From Mesotaenium endlicherianum (Eukaryota), in NCBI GenBank assembly GCA_009602735.1, contig WELA01001939.1, forward strand, positions 914,082-957,998: a stretch of 43,917 bases of DNA, read 5' to 3'. Of the stretch, positions 13,660 through 24,887 are shown one piece after another (the first letter of the stretch is position 1; each line of letters begins with the position of its first letter). The position numbers were made by a program, and so were the translations under genes. A model generated the notes under the pieces. The model was not told the DNA's origin and ran no database searches. It saw only the letters and a list, made by a program, of their open reading frames with translations.

Positions 13660-14550
13660 CGTGTAAGAGTTCTATGTTCTACCGTCGTCGAAAGTTTTGC
13701 TGTTTCAGGGAGTCAGGACATACATGTGATAGTAAGCCGGATGAAACAGCTGATCCTGCTTAACCCTGCCAGAGCGCACCCAACAAAATATCTCTGAACC
13801 CCCGTCTTGCTAGTAACAACTGCAAGAAGTGTAATACATGGCTTCTTCGCATTGAAGTGAAGTCTGCAAGGATATCACATGAATGGGAGGATATATCTTT
13901 ATAGAAGCAAGTGCTGTCGTGCATGTGAGACTTTAGCCCGAGCGGTAAGCAGGAATAGTCCCTGTCGGGAGTCACGACGTCATGAAGAACGGTGAAACGC
14001 GCGGTGACGCACGGCTGGTAACGATGTTCTTGCTTATGTTCCTGTTACGTGATTATTTTTTCGTTGCATATATATAAACCTGTACGAATATTTGCAATTG
14101 TTCCGGTTCATGAAGGAAATATACTCGTATTTACTGGTCTTATGACTGTTGGCTATGACCTCGAGCATATTCAGCTCCTTCCAATTGTTCGATGTAGTCG
14201 GCTATATAGGACCATGCAGACCAATGCAGACTAGAGGCTGAAACACCAGGCGCATGCAAAAGACGCAGAAATATGACAAGTGTGCAAACGGGCTCAGTTA
14301 ACTCACCGTAACTGCATTAACTTCACGCAAGGTTCCAAAAGTGTTTCAGATTTTCACGCCAGTTATCTGGCCTGACTACATTGCTACACTGTACAAGTTA
14401 GGAAGAGCAGCCCGGTGCACCTGCGCGCATGGTCTTTCTAAAGGTTTCAGAGATCCACCGGTTTTTCACTTAACAGGAGTCGTGAACGAGCAAACAGGAG
14501 TCGTGAACGAGTAAGCAAGTTTCCGGTCCTAGGCAGATCGGGGTCACTTC
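13660..14550. promoter_or_regulatory. Divergent (head-to-head) intergenic region between WBP11/ELF5 and the 5'-nucleotidase; candidate bidirectional promoter
   Basis: The start codons face away from each other, 891 bp apart. AT-rich core with TATATAAA at ~14071. 21-bp-period repeat at 14472-14511. Confidence 0.5.
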
Positions 14551-17500
14551 ATGGTCCTACTCGGGAGCCTGCCCCTATTTCAGGGTCGCGCATGCTTTCG
14601 TGGCTTTCGACTATATAAGACGTTGAAGGGCGTCACACACTTCTCGGCTGCGAAGGAGGTTGTAAACTTCGTAGGTGCTGTTAGAATATGCTATACAAGC
14701 TGCACAAACTCCGCTATTTCTTTGGAAAGTTATTCTAGCTCAAACTTTTGCTCAAAGATGGGTCACAATCGGCAGATCTTGCATAGAGTAAACGTGGGCT
14801 GCGCCATGCCATCACCTGCTTCTGCCGTGACAACAGATGACCACGATAATGTGGAGGATCATGTCAGCGATATCACTCTGAGGCAGGTAAATAGTGTGGC
14901 AACAAGCTCCAAATATGGCCGCGTGCTAATTGACAGAGTTCATGAGAACGTTGTGATTGCTGATCCCGAAGGCTTGCTCAGGAAGAAGAGGGGCATCAGA
15001 GAAGCAGGTGCTTCCAATCTTCAGGTTAGTGCTAAGGCTCAGCAAACACGCAAAGTTTTGTTTTAAGACTGACGGGGCTGATTAAGCATATGCAGATGTG
15101 GGCAGTTGTGTGCAGTGGCGAGAGCAGATTATTAGAATCAGGAGTGCCTGAAGGATTGCATTCCAGCAGGTGTACTAGATCAGATTCGTAAATGCTAGAT
15201 TCTTCTGCGCTCTTCATGAGACTTCGATGAGCTTTAAGAGGACTCTGGTGGTGTCGGCACTTGCCAAGCTGGCTCGCCAGTGAGGAGAACTCGAAATGTT
15301 GGGGAGCAAAAGAGATTTCAATCACCTGTAGGATGTGAAGTGTATTGTATGCTTCACACTGTTTGTGCTTTTGATGCTCAATTTGTATGTTCAGACTTAC
15401 AATGATGGTACCGGTCCCCATGGCAGCATGTGTAAGTGTCCATGTTGAGTTTCTGTCTCCTTGTGAGTGCAGGTAATTGCCGATTTTGACATGACTTTGA
15501 CTCGCTACTACGTTAATTACCAACGCGGCCAGAGTACGTCTGCCGTGCTCTCCCTCGCTTGCTCCCTCCAAGGCTCTCTCTCTTGCCTTCCTTCTGGACA
15601 GCATGCCGCTTCACAACTTTGAAAGCATGTGCGAAAGCATCCCTTGCCGCGTCCAAGTCTCTCTGTGTCGTCTTCCTTCTGGAATGCGAGCTGCTTTTCA
15701 AGCTTTGAAAAGCCTGTGAGAGAATCATTTCTTCGCTTCTCTTCACTTCCTACTCTGTTCCACTACCCTTCAAAGTAGGGGGGTGTCTTTGTTTCCATGG
15801 AAGCAACGAGTTCCTGTGCTGATCTTGAGAGGTCTTGAGAGGGAGATGGAGATGGAGATGGAGGATGGGGAGGAAGTGCAGGGTTGACATGAGTGAGTGA
15901 ATGTCCGCCCCTCCTTGATGACGATGCTGATTGTGACATGATTGTGACAGGCTGCCATGCGCTTCTGGTGACGCACGACGAGGAGATCAACGAGAAGCGG
16001 AGATTGCTGCAGGCAGAGTACCATCCGCTCGAGATTGATCCTACGATTCCGTTCGACGAGAAGTTTAAGCTTATGGAGGAATGGTATGGTCCTGCTCCTG
16101 GCCATTCTCTCTAAAATATTCATATATATAAACTTAAGCTTATGGAGAAATGGTATGGTCCTGCTCCTAGCCTTCAAGAGAAAGAATTGAAACAAATTTT
16201 TTATTTGGGGGAGAAGAAGATTACTAAGAGTGGAGGCCATTGCACTTGAAGTTCCCTTTCGCATGAACAAGGTTCAGTGTGTTGCGCACATGCATATTGT
16301 CCTCCTGCAGCCTTTGCATGTGCATGCCGGTTATTGCTTCGGAAGTACAGAAGAAGCTTGTTGATTGCTTGTCTGGATGTTTTATGATCCCGCTTGATGT
16401 TGGTCAGGAGTGATTGCCTGCTCTTTCGAACGTAATCAAGTATGTAGGACTCGTGTCCGACTTTCAGCGCGTGCTTACATGAATACGGAACGTGCCCAGT
16501 TGAAATTTGCATCGTCCGGAGTTGAGCATTCAAAACTTTTGGTTGCCTTGGGGTTGGACTGATGTCAGGACATTCTTCGTGCAGGCACGTAGTGATTGTG
16601 CCGTAGCAAAGATGTGTGTGTGTGTGTGTGTGTGTGTGTTTGTGTGTGTGTATTTGGCTAATGGTGGCAATACTGCGGTCTGTAGAGTATATAGGCTGGC
16701 ACATGCATCTGGCATTCAACGGCACCAAGTCCCGAAAGCACGCGAGCGCTTACCTCTCTTGACCGGGTCTGATCGCGTTCGTGGCCAAAAGGGTAGGTGG
16801 TCGAAGTCGCACGAGCTCATACTGCAAGGGGGGCTATCGCTGGACACCATACAGAGCTCCGTGAAGGACGCCAACATCGGCTTCAGAGCAGGCTGCACTC
16901 AGCTCTTCAGCCTCCTCGAGGTTGCTTCATTACCCTCCCCCCCCNNNNNNNNNNNNNNNNNNNNNNNNNNNNNNNNNNNNNNNNNNNNNNNNNNNNNNNN
17001 NNNNNNNNNNNNNNNNNNNNNNNNNNNNNNNNNNNNNNNNNNNNNNNNNNNNNNNNNNNNNNNNNNNNNNNNNNNNNNNNNNNNNNNNNNNNNNNNNNNN
17101 NNNNNNNNNNNNNNNNNNNNNNNNNNNNNNNNNNNNNNNNNNNNNNNNNNNNNNNNNNNNNNNNNNNNNNNNNNNNNNNNNNNNNNNNNNNNNNNNNNNN
17201 NNNNNNNNNNNNNNNNNNNNNNNNNNNNNNNNNNNNNNNNNNNNNNNNNNNNNNNNNNNNNNNNNNNNNNNNNNNNNNNNNNNNNNNNNNNNNNNNNNNN
17301 NNNNNNNNNNNNNNNNNNNNNNNNNNNNNNNNNNNNNNNNNNNNNNNNNNNNNNNNNNNNNNNNNNNNNNNNNNNNNNNNNNNNNNNNNNNNNNNNNNNN
17401 NNNNNNNNNNNNNNNNNNNNNNNNNNNNNNNNNNNNNNNNNNNNNNNNNNNNNNNNNNNNNNNNNNNNNNNNNNNNNNNNNNNNNNNNNNNNNNNNNNNN

Positions 17501-17697
17501 NNNNNNNNNNNNNNNNNNNNNNNNNNNNNNNNNNNNNNNNNNNNNNNNNNNNNNNNNNNNNNNNNNNNNNNNNNNNNNNNNNNNNNNNNNNNNNNNNNNN
17601 NNNNNNNNNNNNNNNNNNNNNNNNNNNNNNNNNNNNNNNNNNNNNNNNNNNNNNNNNNNNNNNNNNNNNNNNNNNNNNNNNNNNNNNNNNNNNNNNN

Positions 17698-17746
<49 letters not shown>

Positions 17747-20700
17747 CTTCAGTGAGCTTCAGCGCGTATGACGCATAATAAAGACACGCATTTCCTTTGC
17801 ACCCCCACGTCAAGTAGGGCTTCCTGTGCTGGTCATGATGTAGCCAGTTGCGCCTCGTTTCTGTACAGACATAAGGACTTTGCACTAACAAGGGCCCTGC
17901 CCCCCGCGATGGCGTGCCCGCTGCAGGCGCATGGGGTGCCCGTGCTCATCTTCTCGGCCGGCCTCGCAGACATCATTGAAGAGGTGAGCGTGTACCATCA
18001 TCGTGTGTGTGTGGGTGTGTGTGTATGTGTGTGTGTGTGTGTGTGTATGCGCGTGTAAGTGCACGTGTGCGTGCGCGTGTGTGTGCGTATGTGTGTGCGT
18101 GTATGTGCGGAGCACTGAAAGCATTTCTTGGGGATGTCCATGCACGTCGCGGGGGGCTAGCCACTTGGGGAAACGTACACGACGCCGCCGACAGAGAAAC
18201 AGCAGGTCTGCATGCGTTGCAAACACTGCAACTCAGCGAGCTGGGTGCCGATCGTGCGGAGAGGGGCCTGCAGGTGATCCGCCAAAAGCTGGGGAGCAAG
18301 CATGCCAACATCCAGGTGGTCTCGAATCGCATGCAGTTTGACTCAGCCGGCCGTCTCATCGGCTTCCCAGGTAAGGTACCTACAGGGTGCCTGCAGGGTG
18401 ACCCATAGGGCTTGCCGGGTCGTGCCCTTGAGGGGTTTCAGCTAATCTAGGGTCAACCCTTTGGGCACACTTTTGGGCACTAACTTCTCTGGGCACATAC
18501 CTCTGGACATTGCATGCCTTTGTGATTGCAAGCCCCTCTTTCTCCACATGTTGCGCGTTGCAGTGCTGGCCAATGCTGCGCTATGCTGTGGGTGGGTGGT
18601 GTCGCTCATTCGCCACGTGCTACTCGTGCTTCTTCTCTCTCATCTCTCGAACGGGGAAGGCAACGCACGTGCTCAACAACAAGATTACGCGCTCCCGTGC
18701 TGCGGCGGTGTCACTCACAAGCCGCGTGTGTGCTTCGTCTTTTTCTTCTCTTCTCGTCTCTTTCTTCTCTTCTCGTCTCGTCTCTCTTCTTTTTTCGACA
18801 GGCAAGGTGATGCACGTGCTGAACAAGAACGAGCACGCGCTAGACATGGCCGCTTCCTCTCCCGGCGGCACCCATTCGTCACACGAGGAGGAGAACGGAC
18901 GCACCTGCGAGGGCAACGGTGAGCTCGGCTGCGACACCCACGATACACCTGGGCCCTCCCTGGGCCAGGAGGAGGAGGACGCCGCGACACCTGTCCGAGG
19001 GAGCCACCGTGCCAACGGGCGGGGAGGAGGGAGGGAAGCGAGCGAGACCTGGGGCCAGGAGGAGGAGGAGGAAGGCGGGAGGGGGCGGGGCCGAGGCCAG
19101 GGGCGGGGGCAGGTGGTGCGACGGGTGAGGGAGCGCACCAACGTGGTGCTGCTGGGCGACCATCTGGGGGACCTGCGCATGTCGGACGGCGTGCAGTACG
19201 ACACCCGGATCACCGTCGGCTTCCTGTAGGCTTCTCTCCCTGCACCTCCTCCTCTGCCCCCCTGATTGATACCTCAAACCCTAGCTCTGATTTCGGACCT
19301 AAACCTGCACCCCTCCTTTCTCCTCCCCCTCCCCCCCCCCTTCTCCTTCTTTGTCCCCCTGACGTTGCCCCCCCGGGTGCTATGTGTGAGTGTTGTGCTT
19401 GTGATTTGTGCTCGCTGTGAGATTCTTACTGGCACATATTGTTCTCCGGTATTCTCCCCCCAGCCTGGTTTCGCCCTGGCTTGTTCTGAAATGGACCAGA
19501 TTACCCTGCCCTGCCCTGTCCCTCCGCTGCCCGCCTCTCGTGCTTCTTGTGCTCCCCCATGTCTGCCGTGGCTTTGTCTGAGCACCTGTTTCTCAGACTT
19601 GGTAGATCTCATGGTCTGTAGAATGCTGTGTGGGTGAGTTAGTGTGTCAAGGGAAGCTCTGTGAGGAGGGTTTATAGACACCTCCATGCGTAGGCTGGCA
19701 GAGAAGGGGGGAGGGGAGGAGGATGCACAAGGAGAGGAGCGCATGGGTCTGATCTGGGCGTAGGCAGGGCAGGGGCTGGAGGAGGCACATGTTGCGCAAA
19801 CGTAGGGCAGCACGCGCGCGTGTGCAGTGAGAGGTGCTCTTCTTGGAGATGGAGATTGTTGCGCTGGTTTGGCTGCGGGGCCAGCGCCGCCAAGTGGCAG
19901 GAGGCAGGGGAGCCTCGGGGGTTGTAGGGTCTGGTGCCAAGTGGCACCTTCTCTTCGTTGCTTCCTTACGCTGCTGCTTGGTGGACTCTTGGGGCTACGT
20001 GCACGAGGAAGAGGAAGAGGAAGAGGGAGGGAGGGAGGGAGAAGCTTCTGGCCCACGGCCCAGAAAGTTACCTGGATTGCCAAGCAGGCCCCCGTGTGTA
20101 ATGGATGCTTGAGTGGTGGCGGCTTGCGTGGCGGCGCATGCGCACCGTAGATGCTGGCAGTCTACGCGTGTGCGAGCTCAGCGGCAGTATCGGTCGCGAG
20201 TGCGCGCGGCTGGCCGTTGCAGGGCAGGAATAATGCCAGGCACACTGGCAAGTGACAAGCCTATCTTAGGGTGCCGTTTTAGGGGTGCTGCTGTGCCCCC
20301 CTCTCACCCCTCCCACTCCTTCCCCTCCAGGGAATACGCCTCACATGTGAACTCCATACCCGTAGACTCAAAAAACTGGCAGTTTTCGATGCTTCATTGT
20401 GAATGCTTCATATGAAATTATGCTTTCTGAGCTCTGGGGACGTTCTCTTCGGTGCTGAGTCACAGGGGTTCAAGGGTTTGGTCTGCAGGGAGGGTTTCCT
20501 GTATGTATGTGCTAAGGGCGAAGCACGCGGCTTCCTTGCCTGGGCCTCCGAAAAGAAGTTTCTGGAAACTGTGTGGGGCACGTGCGTGCTGTTTGAGGAC
20601 CATCGCCACCTTAGCAGGATGCAGAACGTGCAGGGGCACGAGAGCTCTATTCACGAGGAAGCCGTCTCAGAAGATTGCTTCGAGACTGCTCAGGGACTGC

Positions 20701-21413
20701 TTGGGGGACTGCTCCGTGCTGCTGGCCTCTCTGCTGGCCGAGCGCTAGCCCGCTCCTCACAAGCTGTTTGCTGTGCGAGCGCTAGCTGGTTCGTTCACGC
20801 GCCGTTTGCACGCCTGACTGTGTCTGCAGGAACGACAAGGAGGAGGCGCTGCTGGAGCAGTACAAGCGCAACTTCGACATCGTCGTCCTGGTTGGGTCGC
20901 CTGTCCTACTGCCTGTGCTGCTTGCACGTGTCTGCGCTGTCGGCGCTGGCGCTGGCCACCTGTCCTCCCTGTGCTGCTTGCACTGTCGGCGCTGTCGGCT
21001 GTGCTGGCGGTGGTGCGATGGCGAGCTCTGCATGTTGCGGTCTGTGGTGTCCTGGGGCATCTGTGGGAGCTGCTGGTTGTGGCCGTGTGCACACTCCAGG
21101 GGAGGGACGAGTTTACTTGATCAAATTTTTCTGCGGGGTACGTCCGGAATTGACATTTTTTTTGTTTCGGTCATTTTCAGGTCTTTCAGGTCTCGACAGG
21201 GCTTGGGTGTCCAATCGCGTCACAGGCTGGCTTCGGAGCAGAAGTTGCCATTTATATATTTCAGATGAATTGTACAGGTACAGGAATAAGGGCGAAATCT
21301 CGAATAGCGTTGCTGACACCTTGTTTGTGCTTTGCGCTGTGCATCTTGTGCGGGGGCAGAACGACGGCCCCATGGATGTCGTGGTGCGTCTGCTCCACGA
21401 GCTTCTGAAGTAG
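14551..21413 (+). CDS. NT5C3: HAD-family pyrimidine / 7-methylguanosine phosphate 5'-nucleotidase (NT5C3-like, ~494 aa, 9 exons)
   Basis: Exons 14551-15024, 15473-15533 (VIADFDMTLT, HAD motif I DxDxT), 15951-16083 (YHPLEIDPTIPFDEKFKLMEEW), 16797-16920, 17927-17983 (VPVLIFSAGLADIIEE, motif II), 18274-18370 (VVSNRMQFD), 18802-19225 (HVLNKNE...NVVLLGDHLGDLRMSDG...VGFL), 20830-20890, 21360-21413. All GT-AG; total 1485 nt in frame. The start codon is uncertain (other in-frame ATGs at 14758 and 14806). Confidence 0.92.
16945..17697. other. Assembly gap (N run). Other gaps at 37571-37624, 39268-39352, 40039-40452; single Ns at 1123, 2359, 5524
   Basis: Most N runs are flanked by poly-C/poly-G or (CT)n/(GA)n tracts, typical of short-read assembly breaks. 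Confidence 0.99.
18003..18108. repeat. (TG)n microsatellite in a nucleotidase intron
   Basis: Read directly. Similar tracts occur at 3150-3230, 3515-3560, 4480-4535, 10965-11025, 16613-16652 and 38485-38537. Confidence 0.9.
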
Positions 21414-21738
21414 CGTAGGGTGGCCCTCTCTCAAGCAGTATTTGCACAGGCATCTTGATGCCCCATTGGCCCTCTCTCGATCAAGCAGCAGTTCAACACA
21501 GGCATCTCGATGCCCCATTCTTTGCTCATTTACAGGCTTTGGGGGGGCATCTTCGTGATCCTGCCTTTAATCACCGTTTGAGATTGAGCCATTATTGGAA
21601 AATTACGACGATAGTGGAGGAGATGCATAGGCGCATATGAGCGACACTTGGTGTACACCAAAAGAAATGGGAAAGACAGATTCCATTCACTTTTCATTGG
21701 CTAGCCTAGGCTCGTATATGCGAGGCCTATGTATAAGC

Positions 21739-24700
21739 TCAATACATAAGGCAGACATACGAGAGCTGGACCCCGCTCTCATTCAGACTGTCGTGCTCGC
21801 TCTCTTCTCTGACTAAAACTTCGTCGAATCTCACTTGGTGCCTCAACAAGTGATAGAGCGAGCTTTTTGTGTGCGACCCCGCCAATGTCTTCCGCGGTAC
21901 TCCTGTCAAATATCCCCCAGCCGCACGTGCCTCCTCGCCTCTGGCCTCCTCTTGCACACCCCCGCATGACCCAAAAAGAGCACTCCCCCGCGGCACATTA
22001 CCAGCCGATGAAATAACATCAATGATGTCTTCAGCCCGCGTTGTCCCTGGCCCCTCTGGTGCAGCAGCACCTGCTTCTGCTACAAAGCCAAGCCCGGATC
22101 TGCTGGGAGCGACTAATGGCAAGAAAGGACTGCCGCTGCGAGTCTCCTGGCCGGCTGTCAAAGCCCCTGTGCCATATGTACCAATCTGGACCCGGCCCTC
22201 AGCGTGGCGAGGCCCCTGGTTCAATTCGTGCCTCTGAAAACTAGAAGCAGTTGCAACATGCATTGTGCCGCCACCTGGCAAGCCCTGAGGCCGTGCGCCC
22301 CGCATGCTTGTCCCCCAGCCACCTGGCACGGCACACGTGGCCTCTCCTGGGCCCGCCACCTTGCCGCCGCGGTGACCACCACCGCCACCGCCGCCGCCGC
22401 CGCTGCCGCCAGCTGTGCTGCCGCCGCTGCAAGAGTTTCGTCGGAGCATGTCTCGCATGTTGCACAGCGCGCGCATGCTCTCCCCCCCCCGCAGGCGCGC
22501 CAGCAGAGAGCCCACGTGCACAAAGTCAAAGAGGCCCTCCAGGCCCGGGTGGCGGTGCAGGAAGTCGTGTGCGGCCACATCGTCCCATATAAACGCCACC
22601 TCGTCCATGTCACAGCGGCGCTCTCCCCGCCACCCGCTGCGCTCCTCCTGGCTGCGTTCGCTCTCACGCTCAGCGGCGCCCGCGTGAGAGCTGCGCCCAG
22701 GGCCTGAGCCTGAGCCTGTGCCAGAGCCGGAGCCAGAGCCAGAGACAGAAGCTTCCTCAAGGGTGCTTCCACCACTCTCACCTGCGACGCCCATTCTGCC
22801 TGTGTATTCCTGCCCTCGTGCGAGAGCACTGACAGGTACAGAGTAGGAGGAGGAGGACCAGGAGGTGGAGGTGGTGGCAGAGGAGGAGGGGAAGGAGGAG
22901 GTGGAGGCGTGCGGGGATGGACGGGGGTTGCCCAGCGAGGGGGAGTCTAGAAAGAGCTTGCGACCCGCCTGCCAGTAGGATCTGTCCAGATCGACAGCGA
23001 CGACGCTGATGCTGGCGGGCGGCAAGGGAGAGTCCAGCAGGAGCTTCCTTGTGCTGGCGCCGAGCTGGCACCCAACGTCAGCGACGCGGACGACGCTACG
23101 CGTGGCAGCAGCCGCAGCGCCCCCGTCCCGGCCGGAAGGTGAGCCTGGCGAGAGTCCACGTGCCGATCCCGCACGGGCTGCAGCGTGCGCTGCAGTTCCC
23201 GCGCGCGAGGATGCTGCGCCAGCTGGCGGGACGAGGCGCGCCGCCGCGTCAGGCTCCAGATGAGGCTCTGGCTGAGGCTCTGACTGAAGCGACGCTCTCA
23301 GAGAGAAGTCTTCCTCTAAGGAGTCGGAGGGGAGTTCCTTCTGAGGGTTTATGGCTGCTATGGCTGCTGTGGCTGCTGCGGGTTCTGGATGAGGTGCAGT
23401 GGGAGGAGGTGGAGGAGGTTGCAGGGCCCTCAGAACCGCAGGATAGAAGAAGTGGTGGGAGATCTTCGGTTCCAGGTGAAGGTCCAGGGGGTGCGCATGC
23501 TCCTCCTTCTGCAGGATTTGAAAGATTGCATGTTAAGACATTATCCGAGATCCCTAGCCCCAACCACACTCACAACCCTAAAAACGACACCCTTGCCCAG
23601 AGAGCTAGACCTCAGCCCGACTTAGCGCGGACCGCAGACGCCCAAAGCCATCTCTAGTTCCCTAAACCCCAAACCCCAATCCTTGCATAACCACCCTCAT
23701 GTTACCGGTTGTTTCCAGCCCAGAGTCCCAAACCTCAACCTGACCTAGCTCAAGCCACAACCCCAAAGACGTCTCTGTAAGGCTCAGGCCCGACAAACCC
23801 CATAACCCTCACACCCTAAAACTGATACCCTCAAGCCTAGCACCCTGACTGGCAAGTCCCGTGGGTCCAGACTTTACGCTGTCCCATCGCATCGCCCATC
23901 GCCCAAGGCTCTCAGATACAGAGAGGCGGAAGGACCTCATGGACGTCGTCGTGCAAGGGCGGCGGGCATTGCACACTAGCAACTCAGCATGGACTCACTA
24001 TCAGCCTGCTCCTGACAGGTGCATGCACAGACATGAAGCAGCAGGCGGATGCAGGCACCAGCCTCTGGGCTTCTGACACTTGTCATTGCACGAAACCCAC
24101 AGCTTCTCTAGGTATCCATGGAGATCAAAAAGAAGCTTCTGTGACTAAGTAAGCTCACACGTCTAGCAAACTTCGGATATCCATGGAGAGCAAGGGAGGG
24201 CAAGGGAGGCATATGGGGCTAAAGGAGCTTTCGGCGAAACAGATAGTTCTCATAATGAACCGGTTGCATGCATAGTGAACCCAGTCCCTGCAAGGAGCAG
24301 CCAGGACCAATGACATGTACCAGGATTGCAGAAATGGTTAACTGGACTCATGTGAATGTATGCTTCCTTAGGTCTTTCTTTTGTTAAAAAAAAAGTCAGT
24401 GAAGGAGCTTTTTGAAAACCTGTAAGAGGTAACTGCTGTTGCAAGAGTACACTTCAGCTCACAAACTATGTGGCAGATAATGGAGGAAAGTTACGCTTCT
24501 TCTTACTGACAGCCGATGAAGGCCACCCATCACTTATAGTACTACAAGATCATGAAGACAATTATGCTTTTCAACACAGGTCCAAGCCAGTATCAATGAC
24601 TTGATTATTTACGCAAGAGTGAGTGGTTTTATTTGGAGGTATGGCATTACTGAAGTTTCAAGGAACCTGCTCACCTGGTCCTGTAACTGCAGCAATGACT

Positions 24701-24887
24701 GCTGAAGGCGGACTCTCAAGCTAACAGCCTCGTCTGGTGGAGTGTCCGTGTACTCTACAAATAGTTCATAAAAACCCTCTCTAGCCTTAACGAGCGAAGG
24801 ATTGCCCTTGGGTATCCCCTCCTGCTGTATGCACACATTCATTGGCCCTTGAGAAGCATCAGATACTGCTAGCTTCTCGCCTGCCAT
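21739..24887 (-). CDS. Class I SAM-dependent methyltransferase, AusD/Trt5/AdrK-like, with long low-complexity insertions (~660 aa, 2 exons)
   Basis: Exon 1 is 24887-24675 (…FYELFVEYTDTPPDEAVSLRVRLQQ…, donor GTGAGC). Exon 2 is 23508-21739 (acceptor CTGCAG, 1770 nt without a stop). Motifs in order: LEPKISHHFFYPAVLRAL; SAM motif I VRVADVGCQLG (~23090-23060); ISVVAVDLD (acidic end of strand 2); FIWDDV; LEGLFDFVHVGSLL; MRDMLR; GGYLTG. The ORF track starts this ORF too late (23025) and misses motif I. Confidence 0.75.

Noticed and set aside
16507..17891. 270-420-aa ORFs spanning the N run (also at 38899-40676)
   Set aside because: They are open only because Ns hide stop codons.
20403..21413. 336-aa plus-strand ORF
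   Set aside because: Only its last 54 nt match the nucleotidase final exon. It crosses exon 8 in the wrong frame, and the rest is Cys/Ala-rich intronic sequence with no recognisable motif.
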